From: Deltaproteobacteria bacterium
Lineage (GTDB): Bacteria; Myxococcota_A; UBA9160; SMWR01
Assembly (NCBI GenBank): GCA_019310425.1
Contig: JAFDEI010000002.1
Span: forward strand, 3,101-67,100
DNA: 64,000 nt
Direction of reading: 5' to 3'
Both the position numbers and the translations under genes were made by a program. Below are positions 19,092 through 27,445 of this stretch, piece by piece (position 1 is the stretch's first letter; each line of letters starts with the position of its first letter). The notes beneath the pieces were generated by a model. It saw nothing but the letters and a program-made list of their open reading frames with translations, did not search any database and was not told where the DNA came from.

Positions 19092-20285
19092 TCAGCGGGC
19101 CGGAACGCCGATGGGTTCCGGCGCCGCGGTTTCGGAGATTGCGTTTGCGACGAGCTCCGCGTCGATATCGCAGACTCCGGTTTCGAGGATCACGAGAAAC
19201 TCCTTCACGAGATCGGGGTCGAACTGGACTCCCGCAAAGCGTTTGAACTCGGCCTCGATTGCACTCTGATCGAGCGCGGCACGGTAGGGCGGCTCGCAGT
19301 TCATGGTGTCGAACGCGTCGGCGATCGCGATGATGCGTGCGGCCAGCGGGATATCTTCGCCCGACAGACCATCGGGGTAACCGCGCCCGTCCCACCACTC
19401 GTGGTGGTGTTGAATCGCGGTGACGACCGATGCCGGGATGTCGAGTGGCTTCAGCAGCCGGCTGCCGATTTCTGAATGCTTCTCGACGATTTCGCGTTCC
19501 TCCTTGGACAGCGCACCGTTTCGCAATAGCAGGTCCGTCGGTACACCGACCTTGCCGATGTCGTGCAGGAATCCGGCGAGCCTTACGCGGGTCTGTTCCT
19601 CGGCCGAGAGGCAGAGCCGATCGGCGATCAGGTTGCTGTAGAACGCTACGCGCCGCGCGTGTCCGCGCATGAATCGATCCTTGGTCTCGATCGTCTCGGC
19701 CAACACTTCCAGGAATTCGACCGTGCGCGGCGGGTCGAGGAACTCGGACTCGGATTCGACCCGTGCACGGTCCTTGAGGAGCCCACCGAGTCGCCCCTTC
19801 ATTCTTTGGCTGCGGTAAACGTCATCGAGGATCGCGTGCGCGTCCCGGTCTCGACCCACCACCCCGCCGAGTTCCCTGAGAAACGAACTCAGCCGTGTGC
19901 GGGCGCGGTGGCGCGACAGCGCGCGTGTGACCGATGCCGAAACCTGCACTACGTCGAACGGCTTCTGGAGGTAGTCACAGATGCCCGAGCGGATTCCATC
20001 GGCCGCGCTCTCGAGTGACCCACATCCGGTGATGATGATGATCTCGACCTCGGGGTATTCGCTCCGGATCGTGTGCATCAGGTCCTGGCCCTTCATACCC
20101 GGCATGTTGAGGTCGAGGGTGACGAGGTCGACCGCCTCGGTCCCGAGAATCTCGAGTGCCTCGGCTCCGCTTTGCGCTTGAATGACCCGGTGATTGGGGG
20201 TGAGGATCATCCGCAGCGATTCTCGCGGTCCGCGTTCGTCGTCGACGATCAGTACCGTGGCCTTCTCGGTAGTCCACTCTTCCAT
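19092..20285 (-). CDS. Response regulator with HD-GYP domain (RpfG-like c-di-GMP phosphodiesterase)
   Basis: REC domain (VLIVDDE...DLVTLDLNMPGM...KPF) plus HD-GYP domain (HDIGKVGVP, HHEWWDGRGYPDG). A GGAGGA RBS lies 4 nt before the ATG. Confidence 0.85.
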   Translation of the reverse strand: MEEWTTEKATVLIVDDERGPRESLRMILTPNHRVIQAQSGAEALEILGTEAVDLVTLDLNMPGMKGQDLMHTIRSEYPEVEIIIITGCGSLESAADGIRSGICDYLQKPFDVVQVSASVTRALSRHRARTRLSSFLRELGGVVGRDRDAHAILDDVYRSQRMKGRLGGLLKDRARVESESEFLDPPRTVEFLEVLAETIETKDRFMRGHARRVAFYSNLIADRLCLSAEEQTRVRLAGFLHDIGKVGVPTDLLLRNGALSKEEREIVEKHSEIGSRLLKPLDIPASVVTAIQHHHEWWDGRGYPDGLSGEDIPLAARIIAIADAFDTMNCEPPYRAALDQSAIEAEFKRFAGVQFDPDLVKEFLVILETGVCDIDAELVANAISETAAPEPIGVPAR

Positions 20286-20320
20286 GACGTCCTCCGCAAT
20301 GTGTTCGAGATCACGTCATC

Positions 20321-20335
20321 GCAAGTCGCGTGCCG
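20321..20335 (-). promoter_or_regulatory. Candidate sigma-54 promoter for the REC-HD-GYP / PilZ operon
   Basis: The reverse strand reads cGGCAC-gcgac-TTGCg, matching TGGCAC-N5-TTGC with correct GG-N10-GC spacing. The -12 element is about 36 nt upstream of ATG 20285. Confidence 0.55.
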
Positions 20336-20431
20336 ATTCGGGCTGAATTCGGCAACAGAGGGGTCAGGTTTCTGATTCGAAAACGAAAATTGGTGGCAAT
20401 CTCGGCTCGGTCGTCCCCCGGATTGCTCTCG

Positions 20432-20455
20432 AAAATGTTCCAGATGGAACATTTT
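20432..20455. promoter_or_regulatory. Dyad symmetric site 1 (AAAATGTTCCA-ga-TGGAACATTTT), putative enhancer (UAS)
   Basis: 11-bp perfect inverted arms. The core is TGTTCC-N4-GGAACA. It lies roughly 120-135 bp upstream of the sigma-54 promoter. Confidence 0.5.
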
Positions 20456-20504
20456 TATCTGCAGATATATCTTAACTATTTGTTTTTCTTGTTGTTTATT
20501 TAAA

Positions 20505-20520
20505 TGTTCCGAGTGGAACA
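20505..20520. promoter_or_regulatory. Dyad symmetric site 2 (TGTTCC-gagt-GGAACA), putative enhancer (UAS)
   Basis: Same core as site 1, with centres 69 bp apart. Embedded in the only strongly AT-rich stretch of the window. Confidence 0.5.
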
Positions 20521-20557
20521 CTTTAATTGCCACTGGCCGGCGCCGGCCGGCCCGCGC

Positions 20558-21934
20558 TCAGCTCGTGCCGGGTGGCGTCAGCTCGAAACGGTCCATCTTG
20601 AGCTTGAGCGCGCGTCGGGTCATCTGGAGGCGCTCCGCGGCACGTGTCTGGTTCCATCCGGAATTCTCGAGAGCTTCGACGATCAGGGTTCGCTCGAAAT
20701 CTCGGGTGGCGTGCTCGAACCCGACGCGGCCGCTGCGGACCGCGTCGCGCAGCTCCTCGCTCACCCCCGCGCGCACCACGCTGGCCGGTAAATCCCCGAC
20801 TCCGACAATGTCGCCGTCGGCCAGCGCGACCGCATGCTCGATCGCATTCTCGAGTTCCCGGACGTTTCCGGGCCAGGGGTAGAATTCGAGTGCGGTAATC
20901 GCCTCGCGCGAGATCGTCTGCGGTCCGCGGCCCGCTGCCGTGCGCGCGCGTTCGAGGAAGTGTTCGGCCAGCGCGCGCACGTCCTCACGACGGTCTGCGA
21001 GCGGCGGAATCTCGATCGGAACGACATTGACGCGGTAGTACAGGTCGGCGCGAAATCGGCCGCTCGCGACATCGCTCTCGAGGTTGCGATTCGTTGCGGC
21101 AATCACGCGGACGTCGACGTCAATCGACTCTTTGCCGCCGACGCGCTCGAAACACCGCTCCTGGAGCGCACGCAGGAACTTCGCCTGCACGGTCGGAGCA
21201 AGCTCACCGATCTCGTCGAGGAAGAGGGAGCCGTGGTCCGCCGCCTCGAACTTTCCGATACGCCGCTCTTTCGCGTCGGTAAATGCGCCGCGCTCGTGCC
21301 CGAAGAGTTCGCTCTCGATCAGGTTCTCCGGTATTGCGGCGCAGTTCACCGCGACGAAGGGCTGCTCGCTGCGATCGCCGAGGTCGTGCACGGCCCGTGC
21401 AACGAGTTCCTTGCCCGTACCACTCGCACCGACGACGAGCACCGTCGCCTGGGAACGCGCAACGCGTTCGATGATGTCGAAGATTCCCTGCATCGCCTCG
21501 CTCGAGCCCACCAGGTCGCAAAGGCGGTTACGCCCACCGACCTTCGCACGCAATCGGGCCACTTCGTGTTCGAGTGCGCGATGGTCGAGTAGCTGGCGGA
21601 CTTTGATCTGCAGTGCTTCGACGTCGAACGGTTTGGTGAGATAGTCGGTCGCACCGCGCTGCACTGCCTCGACTGCGGTGGCGATGCTGCGGGTTCCGGT
21701 CAGCACGACGATGGCGGGCGGGTCGTCGCGCGTTGCGACTTCAGAGAGGAGGTCGAAGCCGCTGCGGCCCGGCATTACGAGGTCCAGCAGGATGAGGTCG
21801 GGTGGCGTGTCCACGATCGCGCGCAGGCCCTCGTCGACTCCGTCTGCAGTGACGACATCACAGTCGTTCTTGAGGAGCATCCGCAGCGATTCGCGGACTC
21901 CCGGCTCGTCATCCACCACCAGCACCCGCGGCAT
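20558..21934 (-). CDS. Sigma-54-dependent NtrC-family response regulator (REC-AAA+-Fis HTH)
   Basis: Start ATG 21934 (MPRVLVVDDEPGVRE...). Walker A GASGTGKE, GAFTDA loop, LFLDEIGEL, WPGNVRELEN, and a C-terminal HTH (WNQTRAAERLQMTRRAL). Confidence 0.9.
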   Translation of the reverse strand: MPRVLVVDDEPGVRESLRMLLKNDCDVVTADGVDEGLRAIVDTPPDLILLDLVMPGRSGFDLLSEVATRDDPPAIVVLTGTRSIATAVEAVQRGATDYLTKPFDVEALQIKVRQLLDHRALEHEVARLRAKVGGRNRLCDLVGSSEAMQGIFDIIERVARSQATVLVVGASGTGKELVARAVHDLGDRSEQPFVAVNCAAIPENLIESELFGHERGAFTDAKERRIGKFEAADHGSLFLDEIGELAPTVQAKFLRALQERCFERVGGKESIDVDVRVIAATNRNLESDVASGRFRADLYYRVNVVPIEIPPLADRREDVRALAEHFLERARTAAGRGPQTISREAITALEFYPWPGNVRELENAIEHAVALADGDIVGVGDLPASVVRAGVSEELRDAVRSGRVGFEHATRDFERTLIVEALENSGWNQTRAAERLQMTRRALKLKMDRFELTPPGTS

Positions 21935-21996
21935 AGAGGTGAGGTTACCACGCAGGCCGCTGATTCCGAGTGGCGCTGACTGGGTTGCGTGGACAC

Positions 21997-22064
21997 GCGC
22001 GAGGGGATGGGGTGCCTTCCGCGCCCTTTTGAACGGTTGCGGAAGGCACCCCATCCCCTCGCGC
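21997..22064. repeat. Hairpin repeat element, copy 3
   Basis: GCGCGAGGGGATGGGGTGCCTTCC / loop GCGCCCTTTTGAACGGTTGC / GGAAGGCACCCCATCCCCTCGCGC. Aligns base-for-base with copy 1 apart from paired (compensatory) stem changes. Confidence 0.85.
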
Positions 22065-22136
22065 TCGTGGCAGTTGATACCGAGATGGTTTGAAATCGGC
22101 GTCCTGCGCTTATTTGTATCGGGGAGGGAGAGGGGG

Positions 22137-24113
22137 TCAGGGGGGGGCGGGGAGGTCGAGGACGAGGATGGTTTCGTCGGCGTCGGCGGTCTGGATCGTG
22201 AACGCACCGCCCTGGGCGCGCACGACAGCCTCGGCGACCACGAACTCGAGGGCGTTCTCGGCCGGTGCGATGCCCGGCACGATCGGTCCGTTGCGCGGGG
22301 CACCCGGCCCGTGGAAGCGGACCAGCACCCGCAGTGCAGGCCTGCCCTGCAGGCAGGTTTCGTGATGGCGGGACGCCAAGTACACGTCGCCGCGTTCCGG
22401 AACGATTTCGAGACACTTCCGGATCATCGCCTCGAAGGCGAATCGCAGCTGTGCGGAATCGCCGAGCGCGAGGGGGCGATTCCGGTCGAGTTCCTTCAGC
22501 ACCACGAGGCGTCGCGCGTGAATGGTCTCACGCTGTAACTCGAGCAGCTCTTCGAACATCCCGGCGACGTCGACGGGTTCGACGAGCGGCGCCGTGAGCT
22601 CGGCTAGTTGAGTGAGCTCGCGTACCACGGACTCGATGCGATCGACGCCGCGACCCACCAGCTCGGCGAATTTCTCACGGAATTCCGGGTCCTGGTGCTG
22701 GTCCGGGAACAGCTCCGCGAAGGTGCGGATCGTCGTGAGGGGATTTCGAACCTCATGGGCGACGGCTGCCACGAGGCGGCGCAGGCCGATCCCCGAGACA
22801 TCGCGGCGCTCCGTCTCTTCTGCCGCTGCCACTTCCGGAATCGGGGTGGGAATTGCTCCGTCGCCGAGGTCGAGTGTGACTTCATCGGAATCCTCGGCGA
22901 GAAAGGTCTCGAGTAACGCATCCTCGTCGTCGTCTGAGTCGGGCGTGAGCCCGGCGCAGAGTTCGTCCTCGTCATCCAGCAGCACCACGCCGAGCTCATC
23001 TGCGTCGATCGGAGCGAAGCTGGCTTCGTCGTAGCGGAGTTCATCGGCGTGAATCGGGTCGGACGTGCCTGCGAGCAGCGATTGCACGACCACAGCCTCG
23101 AGCTCAGCGAGGTTTCCCTGCCAGGGATATGCCGTGAGTTCCGCGATTGCGTCGTCGGCGAAGTTTCGCACACGGCGCTGGTGGGCGGAGCCCCAAGCCT
23201 GCGCTGTGGCTTCGACGAGTGCCGCGATCTTCTCCGGGCGATCGCGTAGCGGCGGGATCTTGAGGCTGAAGGTCGAGAGCACCTGCTGGAGCTCGGGAGT
23301 GAGGTGACGGGGTGGGTCCGATGTCGTGCCGAGCCAGCGGACCTCGGCGGCACGCAAGCTTCCGGGCGGCAGCGCCCATTCGACCCAGCCCTGGAGCCGT
23401 CTCTGGCTGGTTGCCGGCAGACGATCGACTTCATCGAGCCACAGAGTCGCGTGGGGCAGTGCGGATTCGAGCCGACGGCTCTCGGCCGCGATCTGGTCGA
23501 GGAGATCCTCTGGTCGGGTGTCTTCGGTGCAGACCAATTGGATCAGCGCTCCGGCCGACCCGCCGCCGAAAGTGTGGATGTAGCGCACGAGCAGACCGCG
23601 CCCGGTTCCCGGCTCGCCGCTGATCATGAGCGGGACAGCGGCGAGTTGGGGGTCGAGAATCCGGAGCAGCCCGGGGAACTCGACGTCGGCGAACCAGCGG
23701 CTGAAGCGTTCGGCCAGAGCGTCGCGTGCGGGGCGCTGCGACAGCGGGAGAGGTTCGCTCTCGCTTTGCCCACCCGTGCCGTGGACGATCTCCCGAAGTA
23801 CGGCGGCTTCGGGGGGGTAGCTCACGATCAGCGGATCGAGGCTATCGAAGAGTGCTCGCGCGCGATCGGCGCCGTTCCGCTCGGGCAGCAGCACGATGCG
23901 GGCGTGTCGCAGACGCGCTGCGAAACGGTGGGCAAACTGCAGCTCGACCTCGAAGTCATCCGTCAGGCCGAGCAGCACCACGTCTGCCCGCGGGGCGTCA
24001 TCGAGCTGCGGATCGCTCGGCGCGGCGAGGATGGCGAAGTCGGCGACGCCGGCCAGGCGCGCAAGGGCCGCGCGATGATGCGGATCGCGATGCAGGATCC
24101 ATACGCTGTTCAT
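22137..24113 (-). CDS. Atypical sensor kinase: pseudo-receiver + degenerate EBP-type AAA+ domain + HisKA + degenerate HATPase-like C-terminus
   Basis: Start ATG 24113 (MNSVWILHRD...). The AAA+ part has GEPGTGRG (Walker A Lys replaced by Arg), LWLDEVDRL, PPLRDRPEKI and YPWQGNLAELE, but no GAFTGA loop. An acidic linker follows. H-box is AHEVRNPLTTIRTF. The C-terminal domain lacks clear N/G1/G2 boxes. Confidence 0.7.
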   Translation of the reverse strand: MNSVWILHRDPHHRAALARLAGVADFAILAAPSDPQLDDAPRADVVLLGLTDDFEVELQFAHRFAARLRHARIVLLPERNGADRARALFDSLDPLIVSYPPEAAVLREIVHGTGGQSESEPLPLSQRPARDALAERFSRWFADVEFPGLLRILDPQLAAVPLMISGEPGTGRGLLVRYIHTFGGGSAGALIQLVCTEDTRPEDLLDQIAAESRRLESALPHATLWLDEVDRLPATSQRRLQGWVEWALPPGSLRAAEVRWLGTTSDPPRHLTPELQQVLSTFSLKIPPLRDRPEKIAALVEATAQAWGSAHQRRVRNFADDAIAELTAYPWQGNLAELEAVVVQSLLAGTSDPIHADELRYDEASFAPIDADELGVVLLDDEDELCAGLTPDSDDDEDALLETFLAEDSDEVTLDLGDGAIPTPIPEVAAAEETERRDVSGIGLRRLVAAVAHEVRNPLTTIRTFAELFPDQHQDPEFREKFAELVGRGVDRIESVVRELTQLAELTAPLVEPVDVAGMFEELLELQRETIHARRLVVLKELDRNRPLALGDSAQLRFAFEAMIRKCLEIVPERGDVYLASRHHETCLQGRPALRVLVRFHGPGAPRNGPIVPGIAPAENALEFVVAEAVVRAQGGAFTIQTADADETILVLDLPAPP

Positions 24114-24190
24114 GATCTGGCTCGTGTCCCGCCGGAGTTCCACCGCGGGCCGGCGCGAATTTCGCGCGGCCCAACCCGCCCAGAGTCTGC

Positions 24191-24205
24191 GCAAACCCTG
24201 TGCCA
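24191..24205 (-). promoter_or_regulatory. Candidate sigma-54 promoter for the kinase / NtrC-like operon
   Basis: The reverse strand reads TGGCAC-agggt-TTGC, an exact consensus. It lies about 78 nt upstream of ATG 24113. Confidence 0.6.
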
Positions 24206-24333
24206 ACTCGCCAGAGCTGAAATCTCGAGGCAGGTTTCGGTGGCAACCCGCCGAAATTCCACCGAATCTTCGATTCCCCGAACTCCGTGATCCCGATCCG
24301 GCGCGCGGACCGACGCGGGCGCCGAGGAAATAG

Positions 24334-24350
24334 TGGGAATATTTTTCCCA
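24334..24350. promoter_or_regulatory. Palindrome TGGGAA-tattt-TTCCCA in the divergent kinase/thyX-like intergenic region
   Basis: 6-bp perfect arms. It lies about 140 bp upstream of the 24191 sigma-54 promoter and about 70 bp upstream of the thyX-like start. Confidence 0.3.
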
Positions 24351-24419
24351 TCGAGGACGACCGTTGAACACGCTTCAGGGGTCTGCGAAAGTAGGGTTTC
24401 GAGTGGGGAAGGGGGGCGC

Positions 24420-25955
24420 GTGGCCGTCAGCGACAGTGGCCCGGAAGTTCGGCTGCGCAACTGGTTCGATCACCCGTACGACGACGCGATTTCCGCCGCG
24501 CGGACCTGTTACTCCTCGCGCGTGATCGAGGCCGACGAGATCACCGATCGCCAGCGGCGGACGATTGGTCCGTTGACGTTCGACGGTGGTCACCACACGG
24601 TGTACCAACATGCGACTTTCGAATTCGGCCTGTCGGGAATTTCGCGGCAGGTTGTGTGGTCGTTTCTGCACGGCTTCCCTTTCTACAACACCGAACAGCA
24701 GAGTCAGCGCTACGTCCGCCTGGACGAGGTCGCCGCCCACGTGCCGCCCGCGCTTCGGGGCGAAGACCGGGCGATCTACGAGGAATCGGTCGAGGGCGCC
24801 TGGCGGGCCTATCGTGAGCTCACCGCGCGCCTTGTACCCATCACGCGGCAGATTCTCTCGGACCTGTGGCGGCTGCCCGCACGCAAGAATGAAGCGTTCG
24901 GGAGGAATGTCGACAAGGAGGCGGAAAAGAAGGCGATCGAGATCGCGCGTTACGTGATTCCGATCGGCTGCCACACTGCGATGGTGTACACGGTCTCTGG
25001 GATCGTGCTGCATCGGCTCCGCCGTATGGCTCGAGTGAGTGACGTGCCCAGTGAAGCGGTCGACATCATCTCGCGCATGGTGACCGAGGTCGAGAAGGTC
25101 GACCCCGACTTCTTCGCGCGCATCGGCGAGCCCGCGCGCGAAAGCGACGAGGTGATCGAGAACCATCTGGCCGGGCAGGCAGCGGGCGACCCGGTCGTGC
25201 TCGAAGCCTTCGACAAGTCACTCGACGGGCGCCGTTCGCGGCTGGTGGACTGGAGCGCTCGTGCTCCGGAGGTGATCGCCGACGCGGTCAGGCGCGTGCT
25301 CGGACGCATGGACCTCGACGACGATGCCGCACTCGACTGCGTGCTGAACCCGGCGAAGAACCGCTACCGGGTCGATACGTTGAATGTTTCGGCGCACGCG
25401 CCGCTGATGCGCACCCTCGTCCACGCTCACTACACATTCCGCAAGAAGCTCTCCCACACAGCGGATTCCCAGGACCAGCGGCACCGCATGGTGCCGGGTT
25501 CACGGCCGCTGCTGACGCGTTCGGTGCCCAACAGCGTCGACGTGATCGAGCCCGAGCTGTGCCGCGACGACCCCGAGTGCCACGCGTTGTTCGTCGAAGC
25601 CTGTGAGGCTGCCTGGGATGCGCGCTCACGATTGCAGGGCCGCGGCGTCGAACCGGAGCACGCGCTCTACTTGCTTCCGAACGCACTCGCGGTGCGCTTC
25701 GAGGAGTCCGGGACATTGCTCGACCTGTTGCACAAGTGGACGATGCGCACTTGCCTGAACGCGCAGCGCGAGATCTGGTCCGCGTCGATGGACGAGGTCG
25801 AGCAGGTCGCGGCCGTTCACCCGAAGCTCGCCCAGCACGTCGGCCCACCGTGCTTCGTGCGCAATGGGATTGTTCGTCCTCGCTGCACCGAGGGCAGCCA
25901 TTTTTGCGGAGTTCCGGTATGGCGATCTTTTCCCGTCGTCGAGCGCAGCATCTAG
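24420..25955 (+). CDS. Thy1/ThyX-family protein with two tandem ThyX-like halves (FAD-dependent thymidylate synthase-like)
   Basis: GTG 24420 follows GGGGAAGGGGGG. The first half has GGHHTVYQHATFEFGLSGISRQVV...EQQSQRY (the RHR motif is replaced). The second half has HAHYTFRKKLSHTADSQDQRHRMVPGS (RHR present). Confidence 0.6.
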   Translation: MAVSDSGPEVRLRNWFDHPYDDAISAARTCYSSRVIEADEITDRQRRTIGPLTFDGGHHTVYQHATFEFGLSGISRQVVWSFLHGFPFYNTEQQSQRYVRLDEVAAHVPPALRGEDRAIYEESVEGAWRAYRELTARLVPITRQILSDLWRLPARKNEAFGRNVDKEAEKKAIEIARYVIPIGCHTAMVYTVSGIVLHRLRRMARVSDVPSEAVDIISRMVTEVEKVDPDFFARIGEPARESDEVIENHLAGQAAGDPVVLEAFDKSLDGRRSRLVDWSARAPEVIADAVRRVLGRMDLDDDAALDCVLNPAKNRYRVDTLNVSAHAPLMRTLVHAHYTFRKKLSHTADSQDQRHRMVPGSRPLLTRSVPNSVDVIEPELCRDDPECHALFVEACEAAWDARSRLQGRGVEPEHALYLLPNALAVRFEESGTLLDLLHKWTMRTCLNAQREIWSASMDEVEQVAAVHPKLAQHVGPPCFVRNGIVRPRCTEGSHFCGVPVWRSFPVVERSI

Positions 25956-26923
25956 CGCTAGGGGTCGCATTGGCGCTCGCCGTGGGGCCCGCACGCGCGG
26001 AGTCCGAAGCGGTCGACCTGATCGGCACCTGGCACGTACTGGTTCATTTCACGGACGATCACACCCATGCCCCGACCCAGATGCGTTGGGACGACAGGGT
26101 CTGGGTGTTCGAGAAGGCCGGTAGTCGCCTGCGGTGGAGTGAATATCCGATCGTGGTCTTCCGGGACCGGACCGGACGCTTCGAGTCGAGGGGTGGGCGC
26201 ACCGCGCGGGCGCTGCACGGCTGGGAGCCGAACGAAGCGCAGCGCGAGGAGATCGCCAAGGGGATCCCGGTCGGCCAGCGCGGCAGCAAGCGGAAGACAC
26301 TGCGCAAACGCGGCGACGACTGGCAAAGCGCGAGTCGCTCGACGGCCGCGTCGGCGTCGATCGTGAGCTTCGTCGAGCATTGGAGCATCAGTGACCCGAC
26401 CGGCAAACCGACTTTCCGGCGCGAGGACGTCCTCGGCTCTGCGGAGACAGAGGGCCTCGAGGGTGTGACGCAGTACACCACGACTGAAGTACTGGACGGC
26501 GGCAACGAGCTGCATGGCAGCTTCACCCGCGACGAATCTCGGCGGGGAATCTTCCGGTTGACGCGCTCGGGTGCGAAGAAGGAGTTCGAGGGCAAGAACA
26601 AGAGTGAGGGGCAGCGCTTCTACGAAGAATTCTTGGGCAAAGATTTCGCTCTCGCACTCGACCGCGAGGGCTCGGCGCTGCGTGAGGCGGTTTCGGCGCG
26701 TGCGGAGGGCCGGGGCACTGTCTCTGCAGAGCTGCGCGCGCGCGTGCGCGCCGAGGTAGCGGCCGTGATGGCCGAGAGCATTCGAGAGTCGGGCGACGAC
26801 CCCGATCGATTCACCCGCGAAATCGAGAGCCTTTCCGAGGGGATCGAGGCGGCGCTGTTCGAGTTGGGTCGCTCGCCTGTCGAGATCGTCGAAATGCTGA
26901 AGGATGGCCGGATCAACCCGTGA
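25919..26923 (+). CDS. Secreted hypothetical protein
   Basis: ATG 25919 gives a signal peptide (MAIFSRRRAQHLALGVALALAVGPARA/ESE). No recognisable family. Overlaps the thyX-like 3' end by 37 nt. Confidence 0.5.
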   Translation: MAIFSRRRAQHLALGVALALAVGPARAESEAVDLIGTWHVLVHFTDDHTHAPTQMRWDDRVWVFEKAGSRLRWSEYPIVVFRDRTGRFESRGGRTARALHGWEPNEAQREEIAKGIPVGQRGSKRKTLRKRGDDWQSASRSTAASASIVSFVEHWSISDPTGKPTFRREDVLGSAETEGLEGVTQYTTTEVLDGGNELHGSFTRDESRRGIFRLTRSGAKKEFEGKNKSEGQRFYEEFLGKDFALALDREGSALREAVSARAEGRGTVSAELRARVRAEVAAVMAESIRESGDDPDRFTREIESLSEGIEAALFELGRSPVEIVEMLKDGRINP

Positions 26924-27399
26924 ATTCCGCTCGGGATTCGTTGCGGCGGGCCGGGGCTGACGACCTCGTTGAACTGGTCGAACTCTGGGTCGAGGTCACC
27001 GCCCACCACGCTGCGCTCGACCCGCTGTTCACACTCCGGTCCGATGCGCGCCCGGTGATCGAGCGGTTGATTCGCTCACAGCTGCGCGACGCCGACGCGG
27101 CGATCTTCGTCGTCGACTCGCAGGACACGCTCGCGGGCTTCTGCTGCGTCCGCATCGACCGCGCCCCGCCGATTCTCGAGGAGACTCGGAGGGCGGAGAT
27201 CACGGACCTCGGGGTCCGGGTCGCGCTTCGCCGCCGTGGCCTCGGACGTGCGCTCGCCGCGGCTGCATTCGACTGGACGGTGGGGCGCGGCGTGGAACGC
27301 GTCGAGGTCCGGGTGGCAAGGCGAAACGCCGAGGGCCAGGCTTTTTGGCGGGAACTCGGCTTCGCCGACCTGATGGACGTGCTGCAACGCCGGATGTAG
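26920..27399 (+). CDS. GNAT-family N-acetyltransferase
   Basis: 159 aa. Acetyl-CoA motif VALRRRGLGRAL. The GTG start overlaps the preceding stop (GTGA). Confidence 0.75.
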   Translation: MNSARDSLRRAGADDLVELVELWVEVTAHHAALDPLFTLRSDARPVIERLIRSQLRDADAAIFVVDSQDTLAGFCCVRIDRAPPILEETRRAEITDLGVRVALRRRGLGRALAAAAFDWTVGRGVERVEVRVARRNAEGQAFWRELGFADLMDVLQRRM

Positions 27400-27445
27400 T
27401 CTTTTTGGGTTCGCGTCCCCCAACCCTTTCCGTGGAAATCCGCAG

